IMG/VR virus record: IMGVR_UViG_3300042276_000119
Location: 1-64,000 of that record
Strand: one strand, 5' to 3'
DNA: 64,000 nt
Source: a virus
Lineage: Duplodnaviria > Caudoviricetes
Shown here: one piece after another, positions 57,048-64,000 of the stretch
Position numbering within the stretch: the stretch's first letter is position 1
How the letters are laid out: every line of letters starts with the position of its first letter
Translations under genes and position numbers: made by a program
Notes under the pieces: model-generated
What the model saw: the letters and a program-made list of their open reading frames with translations, nothing else
Database searches by the model: none
What the model was told of the DNA's origin: nothing

Positions 57048-57086
57048 GTGGCCTCCGAGTACCTATCTTATCCGACAGATAGGCTA

Positions 57087-57437
57087 TTAAGTAAAGCTGA
57101 ACCTATTACATCGCCTCGTCCTTTTTGACAGATGAATAAACTCGCTTCTTTTAATAAAGATTGTATCCCTCGCCAGAAATTCTGACTGAGACAGCATGGA
57201 CACAGTAGCAGTGGTGAGGTCTATCTGGTCAGCTCTCACATTTGGCAACCGATTGTCGGATTCTCCCGCAGTGAAATTGCCGTAGACCTCAAGTTGGTAG
57301 GGTAGGGGTTCGTCGGTGTTACCTACGAATGTGACGCTTCCGTGTACCTCAGCCCACACTCTACCGTACCCGTCAACGCGGGTTTCCACGCTTCCGGGGC
57401 CGTCGAGATACTGGGTTAAATTGGTACACGAAATCAA
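57087..57437 (-). CDS. Hypothetical protein
   Basis: 116-aa ORF filling the gap; TTG start. Confidence 0.4.
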   Translation of the reverse strand: MISCTNLTQYLDGPGSVETRVDGYGRVWAEVHGSVTFVGNTDEPLPYQLEVYGNFTAGESDNRLPNVRADQIDLTTATVSMLSQSEFLARDTIFIKRSEFIHLSKRTRRCNRFSFT

Positions 57438-57509
57438 GGAAACACCTACTAGCTATTGCCTATTTGTACATTTAGCTACTGTGTACAAATAGTGTAGATG
57501 TTTCATTAG

Positions 57510-58187
57510 TCAGTCGTCAATTAATTGGTATAACCAAAGCGATAGTTTATTGACAGTGTTATGGGATATTGGTGCGTATTTTTCACTCAGGTACGTGGCT
57601 ATTTTTCGAGTGGATTTACCCTTTGCCCAATGCAAATCTGCGAGTTCCGCAAGCGCCTGTTGGTACCAGTCAGACTCCTGCAGGTACTTCACACCCTGCA
57701 GCTCTATGACTGTGTGACCCCAGGGTACGTAACCGCCCATGAACCGGCCTTCCTCTGAATGGGCGACCTTTACATCTCGGATACGCTCGGCAATCCGACT
57801 GCGCTCAAAGTCAGCCACTGCAGCGAGAATGGTGTAGATCAGCTTACCTACCCCGTCACCCGTCACTTCGCCACCCATGTCCATTATATAGAGGCGAATG
57901 CCTTGCTCTTTGAACCGGTTGATCGAGTACAAAGCATCTTCAGAATTGCGGAACAGTCGGTCAAACTTGGCAATCAGCAGATGGTCACCTTCCTTCAACA
58001 GGTTGATAAGTTGTCCACCGGCCGGCCGTTCAGCCAGTCGTACAGAACCTGACACACCTTCATCAGCGAAGTGCTGGTCAACTTCCATCTGCATGGTGGT
58101 GGCGTAGGCCCGCAAAGTATTCTCTTGCACCTTGAGGGACATGCCCTGGGTCCCGGTAGAAACTCGGGCATAGGAGTAGACGGCCAT
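57510..58187 (-). CDS. Serine recombinase (resolvase family)
   Basis: YARVST..Q, DEGVSG...RP, GD.L...KFDRLFR, ADFERSRIAER; C-terminal HTH-like region. Confidence 0.92.
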   Translation of the reverse strand: MAVYSYARVSTGTQGMSLKVQENTLRAYATTMQMEVDQHFADEGVSGSVRLAERPAGGQLINLLKEGDHLLIAKFDRLFRNSEDALYSINRFKEQGIRLYIMDMGGEVTGDGVGKLIYTILAAVADFERSRIAERIRDVKVAHSEEGRFMGGYVPWGHTVIELQGVKYLQESDWYQQALAELADLHWAKGKSTRKIATYLSEKYAPISHNTVNKLSLWLYQLIDD

Positions 58188-58189
58188 GC

Positions 58190-58633
58190 CTACTGCCCCT
58201 GGCCGGTCAGGATTGACGACGGCAGTTTTGACACGCTCAGCATCCGGACTGCAGCGACCTCTGCATGGGCCTCTGCCCGGTAGCGTTCGCGGTCTACAAA
58301 ACTGACTTCGTTGAACCCTTCTCGAAGGTTGCGCACCACCCTTACAACTGACTCAGGTGACAGTGTGCAGATGCGGGCAAGCTGGAAATGGAGGTAGGGG
58401 TGCTTGGCGGCATACTTCGGAGCGAACTTCTTGATCCACTCGATGTACTTGGCCGCTTTGAATTCGGTGATCACTCGCTGCTGAGCTTCTCGTTCAGCGT
58501 CGTACTTTTTGCCGGGCGGGATGAAATCCAGAGGGAGGCTCAGTGCTTCCAGTTCAACCATCTGCACCATGTCCTCAATGTCGCTAATGATTTGCCTTTC
58601 GTTTTCAACTCGGCAGTTTGGCATGTTCATCAC
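58190..58633 (-). CDS. Hypothetical protein
   Basis: 147-aa ORF with GAGG RBS, adjacent to the resolvase. Confidence 0.6.
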   Translation of the reverse strand: MMNMPNCRVENERQIISDIEDMVQMVELEALSLPLDFIPPGKKYDAEREAQQRVITEFKAAKYIEWIKKFAPKYAAKHPYLHFQLARICTLSPESVVRVVRNLREGFNEVSFVDRERYRAEAHAEVAAVRMLSVSKLPSSILTGQGQ

Positions 58634-58981
58634 TTATGTACCTCAGTGTAACGGTGTAACGGCGGTTTTGGTGTACATCTCTGTCACCCCGCAAATGCGC
58701 CGTTACACTCATGGTCAGTTTGTACCAATGGTCTTCTGGTCGAAGGTGGGTGCCTGGGCCGAAGCCCAGGACTTTTGGAGGTCGCACATGTCAGGGTGCT
58801 CATGTACAAATGTACAATTGCACCTTAGCTATTGTCAACCTTCTTCAACAACTGCTGACAATGCTTCTCCAACTGCCGGCCATCCTTACTCAACAGTTCT
58901 ACGCCAGTGATCAAGATGCGCTCTCCTTCCCCGTACTAGAAGTACGGGGAAGGAGAGCGCGAACCGCGCAAGCGGTTCTTG

Positions 58982-59010
58982 TTGACAGGCTAAATATACA
59001 CAGTTACTAT
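58982..59010 (+). promoter_or_regulatory. tnpB promoter
   Basis: TTGACA-N17-TACTAT. Confidence 0.8.
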
Positions 59011-59016
59011 TCGGAC

Positions 59017-60174
59017 ATGACTACCGTACACCGTGCCTACAAATACCGCTTCTATCCGACGACCGGGCAAGCCGAACAGCTTGCCCGGTCGTTCGGGTGT
59101 TCGAGGTACGTGTACAACCACTTCTTGCGGCTGCGTACCGATGCCTGGTACGAACGGCAGGAGCGAATAGGGTATACCGACACCGCCAAGCTGCTTACTG
59201 CGCTCAAGAAGGAACCGGGGACTGCCTGGCTTCAAGAGGTGTCGAACGTCTGCCTGCAACAGTCTCTGCGCAATCTCGACACCGCCTTCAAGAACTTCTT
59301 TCAGGGTCGAGCCAAGTATCCGACCTTCAAGAAGAAGACGGCGCGTCAGTCTGTTCGCTATACCACCAGCGGGTTCTCCTGGCGAGATGGCCAGATCAAA
59401 CTGGCCAAGCAGAAAGAGCCGTTGGATATCCGCTGGAGCCGTCGCTTTACCGGCACGCCTTCCAGCGTAACGGTCAGCAAGGACAGCGCGGATCGCTACC
59501 ACATCTCAATTCTTGTCGAGGAAGATGTGGCAGCGTTGCCGTTCAGCAAGAAGGAAGTAGGAATCGACCTGGGGCTGACCCACGCGGTCATCACCAGCGG
59601 CGGCCAGAAGGTCAACAACCACCAGTATTTCAAGCAGTCCGAGAAGAAACTGGCTCGCGCGCAGCGCAGCCTGTCACGCAAGAAGAAAGGGTCAGCCAAC
59701 CGGGCCAAGGCGAAACTCAAGGTCGCGCGTATCCACGCAAAGATAGCCGACCAGCGCCAGGACTTCGCGCACAAGCTGACCACGCAGCTCCTTCACGAAA
59801 ACCAAGTCGTAGCTGCGGAAAGCCTTCAAGTGAAGAACATGCTCAAGAACCGCTCGCTGGCGAAAGCCATCAGCAACGTGGGGTGGCATCAGATCACCAC
59901 CATGCTGGGTTACAAGGCCGAGTGGTACGGACGAGACTTTGTTCAGATCGACAAGTGGTACCCTTCAAGCAAGCGTTGTCACGCCTGCGGCCATATATCC
60001 GATGCCATGCCGCTAACAGTCCGCGTCTGGGACTGCCCTACCTGCCATGCGCATCACGACCGCGACATCAACGCTGCCAAGAACATTCTCAAGGCGGGCA
60101 AGGCCATTCTGGCCGGTGCCGACAAGCTGCGAGAGCACGAGCAGAAAACTACCGTGGGGCGCGCGGGAGGTTAA
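59017..60174 (+). CDS. tnpB: RNA-guided endonuclease TnpB
   Basis: RAYKYRFYPT HTH, RuvC-I GIDLG, RuvC-II AESL, CHACG..CPTC Zn finger, RuvC-III DRDINAA; true start 59017. Confidence 0.96.
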   Translation: MTTVHRAYKYRFYPTTGQAEQLARSFGCSRYVYNHFLRLRTDAWYERQERIGYTDTAKLLTALKKEPGTAWLQEVSNVCLQQSLRNLDTAFKNFFQGRAKYPTFKKKTARQSVRYTTSGFSWRDGQIKLAKQKEPLDIRWSRRFTGTPSSVTVSKDSADRYHISILVEEDVAALPFSKKEVGIDLGLTHAVITSGGQKVNNHQYFKQSEKKLARAQRSLSRKKKGSANRAKAKLKVARIHAKIADQRQDFAHKLTTQLLHENQVVAAESLQVKNMLKNRSLAKAISNVGWHQITTMLGYKAEWYGRDFVQIDKWYPSSKRCHACGHISDAMPLTVRVWDCPTCHAHHDRDINAAKNILKAGKAILAGADKLREHEQKTTVGRAGG

Positions 60175-60312
60175 GCCTGTGGAGTCTGTGTCAGCCTCTG
60201 CGGGCAATCCCAAGGAGCAGCGGACTATGAAGCAGGAAACTGGAAGGCAACAACCAGGAATCCCCTTCCTTCAGGGATGGGGAGGACGTCAAACTGATCT
60301 CCTGTTCTGGCG
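60140..60312 (+). ncRNA. omegaRNA/reRNA scaffold plus guide
   Basis: By analogy with characterised TnpB systems: right-end sequence up to TCAA, guide = flank ACTGATCTCCTGTTCTGG; 5' boundary approximate. Confidence 0.65.
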
Positions 60313-60538
60313 GTTCTTTAAAATCGGCATCCAACCTTTCAGGGTCGAGAGGATGCCAATGCTGCAACTGGTGTTGTTGTCGGCGCCGGTCGTGCTCGTC
60401 CAGCGCCCGGAGGTCACTTGCCTCCAGTTCGATGTCGATGTTCATCCATACCTCCGGTCTTTACCAACGGGGATAGGGCAGGGAGCCACATCAGCAGTGT
60501 TGCGGTGCCCACGATTGCGCTCGCTGTGAACGCGGCTT

Positions 60539-60700
60539 TTACAAATGGGTGCATCGTTTCTCCCGTTTAACAGGTTCTTGTATACGTGCCAGGTAGGTGT
60601 CGATCACAAACTCCCACGGCAGTTCTGGGTTGCTGGCCTTCGACACCTTCAGAGACTCAAGCATGCCGATCTGCACCTGCTTTATCTGTTCAGTTGTCAT
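60539..60700 (-). CDS. 53-aa hypothetical protein (not in ORF track)
   Basis: GGAGG RBS; MTTEQIKQVQIGMLESLK...CTHL*. Confidence 0.5.
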   Translation of the reverse strand: MTTEQIKQVQIGMLESLKVSKASNPELPWEFVIDTYLARIQEPVKREKRCTHL

Positions 60701-60703
60701 ACG

Positions 60704-60982
60704 TCATACCTCCAGATGGAACGTGTTTCTGAGTACGCCTGCCAGCTCGGTCTTGCGAACCTGAAGGCTTGTTACCGCTCCTTGCAGTGCGATCTCACTC
60801 GTACTGCGGCGTTTCCCCAAAGGGATGGAGTCGCCTACCCTGTGGCCGGTGTACAGCGCCAAGTTGCAAGAGTTTGAGCGCACTTTGGCTTCCAGCTCGC
60901 GCAGTTCATCGCTCAGCTCCGTGTACTCCTCCCACAGTTCTTTCGTTTGCAGGAAGCGATCGAGGTTCGGGGTCTCACTCAT
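60704..60982 (-). CDS. Hypothetical coiled-coil protein
   Basis: GGAG RBS before ATG 60982 (MSETPNL). Confidence 0.6.
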   Translation of the reverse strand: MSETPNLDRFLQTKELWEEYTELSDELRELEAKVRSNSCNLALYTGHRVGDSIPLGKRRSTSEIALQGAVTSLQVRKTELAGVLRNTFHLEV

Positions 60983-61457
60983 GGTCGGCTCTCCACTCTG
61001 CCGGCACGTCATAGCCGGATTCACTGCCATCCAGGGTGTCGAGGATGCAGGCGCCTGGTACACAGGGGCTGGCCAGGCGACCCTTGTCGGTTGTGACGGG
61101 GGACTCGAAAATCCAGAAGTTGAGGGCTCCGCCCAGCCAGCTGGACTGATAAGAAACACCTTCGTAGGTGCCGGTGACGATCCACTCTTCAGTATCTGGA
61201 ATATCGTCTTCCCAGTCCTGGCAATTGTCTTCAAGCCAGCGCCTTGCCTCGAACGCGTCCTCCGGTGACGTACCTTTGGCAAGGAATCCCTCGTTAACTG
61301 CGAAGTTAACCATCACCTCGTTTTCTGTATGGTTCACTGCTTGCATACCATGCAGCAGTTCAAAAACCACTTCCTGGTCCAGCTGGTTGGCAGAGATGTA
61401 GCCGTAAGCAACCCCTGTTTTCGGATTGCGATTGAGCATTTCCAGTTGTGCATTCAT
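60975..61457 (-). CDS. Hypothetical early protein
   Basis: ACCA leader plus AAGGA before ATG 61457. Confidence 0.7.
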   Translation of the reverse strand: MNAQLEMLNRNPKTGVAYGYISANQLDQEVVFELLHGMQAVNHTENEVMVNFAVNEGFLAKGTSPEDAFEARRWLEDNCQDWEDDIPDTEEWIVTGTYEGVSYQSSWLGGALNFWIFESPVTTDKGRLASPCVPGACILDTLDGSESGYDVPAEWRADHE

Positions 61458-61525
61458 GGTCGTTTCCTTTTGGTCTTTTGGTTGTGCCCCAGGCACCGTG
61501 CCGGAGCTGATTGGTTACAGACTGT

Positions 61526-61744
61526 TCACAAAAACACGTCGTTATCGAAGGCCCATTCCTCGGTTTCTTCGGTCAGGATGATGTAGTATTTCAGCTTTTC
61601 CGGGGCCACTTCATGCTGGGCCTGGCCAGTGGCATTGCCGCTATCATCCAGGGTGTACAGTGAGAATGTATCGTCCGTCTCCCACCACACCTCTACAAGT
61701 TCACCACCGCAGCTAAGCTGGGCCTGGCCGACATACTCGTTCAT
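61526..61744 (-). CDS. Small acidic hypothetical protein
   Basis: GGAGG RBS; ATGA overlap (MNEYVGQ). Confidence 0.55.
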   Translation of the reverse strand: MNEYVGQAQLSCGGELVEVWWETDDTFSLYTLDDSGNATGQAQHEVAPEKLKYYIILTEETEEWAFDNDVFL

Positions 61745-62634
61745 GCCGCCTCCTTCCATTCCTGTTCCTCTGAGCCGTTCACAACGATCCGGTAGTTCTC
61801 CCAGTCTTCCGGCCAGTGATCCACCATGCCCATCTCGTTCCAGTCGGAGCCATAGTCGGCGCTGAAGAATCCCCAACAACTGCCAACCTCTTCACCCCCT
61901 TCAGGGTTGTAGCCCTCGACGTGCTCGTAGATGGTGAATCCGTATATCTGCCCGGTCAGGTACTGGTCATAAGTCTTGACCTCCCCTTCAAGATGCTTGC
62001 GGGCAGATTCGATCACCTTCTTGGTCAGGCGGGTGTTGCCACAGTTCTCAACTGCGGTGGTCCCGGTGCAGAAAATCCAGCCGACCTGACCTGAATCCCA
62101 AGGGCAGGAGAAACTTCCGGTGGACATGGTGATTCCCGAGTGGTCATAGAGATAGAGAGGCAGGTAGATCAGGCGATTGTCAGGGCTGACAAGGTGCTCA
62201 TAGCGGTCATACACTTCAAGGGCAGCGGCGTAATCAGCCGGACTATCACCGATCCAGAAGGGGTTCTCAGTCGTGCCCCAACCTTCACAGTGCGGGCACT
62301 CGGATTCCTCGTGCATTCCAGCGCTATCCGGCTCGGAACAGCCGCGAGGGCAGGGCACCTCGGCATCGTCAGCAGAGTAGTTGCCCTTCAGCGCCGGCCG
62401 GCGCTTCCACATGATGTCGTTCAGTGCGTTTTCCAGTGCTTCACGGAACTCGTAGGGGCCGTCGGTGCCGTAGGCACTGCCTGCCTGAGTGCGGGTCTCG
62501 ACATCGCCCAGGTTGTAGCGGCTGTGCCAACAGGCCATGATGCCTACGTTGTCGTAATCAACACGCGGGTTCAGCGGGTCGCTATCCTGCTTGATAACGA
62601 TAGTGCGCTGCATTTTTACGGTCTTGGTAGCCAT
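61741..62634 (-). CDS. Acidic phage early protein of unknown function
   Basis: LPLYLYDHSG...CPWDSGQVGW..EVKTYDQYLTG..SCWGF motif pattern; ACCA leader. Confidence 0.75.
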   Translation of the reverse strand: MATKTVKMQRTIVIKQDSDPLNPRVDYDNVGIMACWHSRYNLGDVETRTQAGSAYGTDGPYEFREALENALNDIMWKRRPALKGNYSADDAEVPCPRGCSEPDSAGMHEESECPHCEGWGTTENPFWIGDSPADYAAALEVYDRYEHLVSPDNRLIYLPLYLYDHSGITMSTGSFSCPWDSGQVGWIFCTGTTAVENCGNTRLTKKVIESARKHLEGEVKTYDQYLTGQIYGFTIYEHVEGYNPEGGEEVGSCWGFFSADYGSDWNEMGMVDHWPEDWENYRIVVNGSEEQEWKEAA

Positions 62635-62663
62635 GGTCGTAATTCCTTATGGTGGTCTTTTGG

Positions 62664-63569
62664 TTACGCTGCAAACACCCTGACGCTGTTATGCAGCGGT
62701 TTGTAAAACTCTATCAAGCGGTTCTCAAGGTTTCTTAGGCCCTGCAATTCAGGTCCATAGGCGTGGTCGTAAAAATGGATATGCACCATCGCTTCAGGAT
62801 GTCTCTTCATTACATGCTTTAGCTTGTGGTGTTGTGCTACGTTTCCTACCCTCCTAGAAAGCATTGTTGACATCCCTACGTATAGCGGTGTCGTGCCCTC
62901 AAAAACTATGTAGATACCAGGCCCGTCCCTGTTGAACCTTTTTAAAAACCTGATTGGCGTGGATATGTCAGCTAACTTGACTCCGCACCCGTTCAGCCAA
63001 CCTAAAGATGGGACCTCTACCTCTCTCAGAGTCACGCAATTTGAGTCAATATGTGAATTTTTAGCTACATAACTGGCCAATTCATTTTCAGATATACCTG
63101 AGCCTAGCTCGCCTGAAGACAGGTGCCTGACGCTATAAACTATAGGCCAGTGTCCCTCTTGCTTTTTGCAGAGGTGCCGCACTATCTCCAAAGCCGTAGG
63201 GTGTTCTGTGCAGGGAGTCTCCTCATAGTGTTCTGTGCAGGAAGTCTCCTCATAGTGGTGGAACGATGGATGGCCAATTTCCCAGTTTCTTTCAATATGC
63301 CTTTCCCAAAGTCTAGGGTCGTCAACCCTCACTGTACTCAGTGAAGCAAACTCCTTGAAAACGGAGGCTAGTAACGAACTCCTGCTAAGTCTTGGGCACT
63401 TAACTTCCAAAAAGAAAGTTAACTCAGGGTAGCATCCTACCAAGTTGGCCTTTTCTTCTTCAAAAGCATCTACTGGCCTCAGTGGTGAATGTTTAACCGT
63501 TACCACTTTACGGATTGAGCCCGAGGGGCCAGGCTTGATTGTATGCGTAACTATGATCGCGGTACCCAT
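62664..63569 (-). CDS. Protein with C-terminal GIY-YIG nuclease domain
   Basis: GIYIVF...LYVGMS..LSRR...LENRLI..YKPLHN; visibly lower GC; 27-bp tandem repeat 63201-63257. Confidence 0.7.
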   Translation of the reverse strand: MGTAIIVTHTIKPGPSGSIRKVVTVKHSPLRPVDAFEEEKANLVGCYPELTFFLEVKCPRLSRSSLLASVFKEFASLSTVRVDDPRLWERHIERNWEIGHPSFHHYEETSCTEHYEETPCTEHPTALEIVRHLCKKQEGHWPIVYSVRHLSSGELGSGISENELASYVAKNSHIDSNCVTLREVEVPSLGWLNGCGVKLADISTPIRFLKRFNRDGPGIYIVFEGTTPLYVGMSTMLSRRVGNVAQHHKLKHVMKRHPEAMVHIHFYDHAYGPELQGLRNLENRLIEFYKPLHNSVRVFAA

Positions 63570-63579
63570 GTTTAACCCC

Positions 63580-63903
63580 TCAAGGTTCGTATGAAGTAAT
63601 GCCGTGCTCCTGCAGTCGGCACAACCTCAGGTGCTTGTCTGCAAATGCGAGGATGATTCGGTTCTGGTCTGCAGGGTAGGCGTACAGCGGGTACCGGCTG
63701 GCGTCTTCAGCGAAGGGTGAATTCGCATACTCCCAACGAAGTTGCCGGGCCTTCATCACCTCAACCGCTTCTGCTTCAACAGCGTGGCAAGGGTCCATAA
63801 CAGGCTCTGGCGGGGCGCTGTCCTCGGTCCATGCTGTTGGGGTGAGGCCAACTGAAAAGATCGCCACGGCGGCGAGTAGCGTCCTCATGTGTGACTGCTC
63901 CAT
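63580..63903 (-). CDS. Putative secreted hypothetical protein
   Basis: Signal-peptide-like MRTLLAAVAIFSVGLTPTAWT; start uncertain. Confidence 0.5.
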   Translation of the reverse strand: MEQSHMRTLLAAVAIFSVGLTPTAWTEDSAPPEPVMDPCHAVEAEAVEVMKARQLRWEYANSPFAEDASRYPLYAYPADQNRIILAFADKHLRLCRLQEHGITSYEP

Positions 63904-64000
63904 TGCGGTTCGTCTTCTGTGCCGTGGTTGATCAGGGCACCTACCAATGGGTGACCACCTTTGTGGTTGCTCAGGTTGAGGTAGTACCACTCGGGGTCGT

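Larger units (their letters stand above)
58912..60292 (+). mobile_element. IS200/IS605-family element, tnpB-only (IS1341-like)
   Basis: Inserted 3' of GTGAT; left hairpin 58918-58960; right-end hairpin and terminal TCAA at 60289-60292; no target duplication; removal restores an ORF. Confidence 0.9.
58825..60445 (-). pseudogene. 79-aa phage gene interrupted by the IS
   Basis: 60445-60293 (51 codons, ...EQEIS) joins in frame to 58911-58825 (ITGVELL...VDNS*). Confidence 0.8.

Noticed and set aside
58711-59016. N-terminal extension of TnpB in the ORF track
   Set aside because: It runs across the IS left end and promoter; homology starts at ATG 59017.
57510-60174. IS607-type element (serine TnpA plus TnpB)
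   Set aside because: The resolvase lies outside the IS ends defined by ORF restoration, lacks an N-terminal HTH and is separated by another gene; the ends are IS605-type hairpins.
632-62706. Many long antisense or alternate-frame ORFs (e.g. 2141-2968, 6834-7694, 52344-53282, 59097-60230)
   Set aside because: They shadow well-supported genes, lack recognisable motifs, and are expected from GC-rich codon bias.

Overview
The window is most of a temperate long-tailed (siphovirus-like) dsDNA phage genome; a proteobacterial host is my inference. It has two convergent arms that meet at a hairpin terminator near 33,230. The + arm (1-33,210) carries terminase, an xis/int module with probable attP, portal, S49 protease with nested scaffold, capsid, neck, tail tube, a frameshifted tail chaperone, a 2,688-aa tape measure and two receptor-binding modules. 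The - arm (33,264-64,000) carries dNMP kinase, ThyA, dUTPase, SbcCD, ligase, a PolA-type polymerase, two tRNAs, SNF2 and Dda-like helicases, a primase-helicase, holin and endolysin, an RHH protein, a serine resolvase, a TnpB-only IS200/IS605 element and small early genes. Best leads: (1) a possible phage post-transcriptional circuit made of an ACCAAAAGACCA leader motif, a multi-hairpin RNA displaying GACCAA loops and a CsrA-like protein; (2) ThyA with an in-frame, apparently non-splicing HNH-type endonuclease insert; (3) a genome-wide TGTACAAATGTACA operator network; (4) two tRNAs sharing a compensated A19-U56 elbow, next to an unexplained structured RNA. All family assignments come from recognising motifs by eye; no database searches were run.
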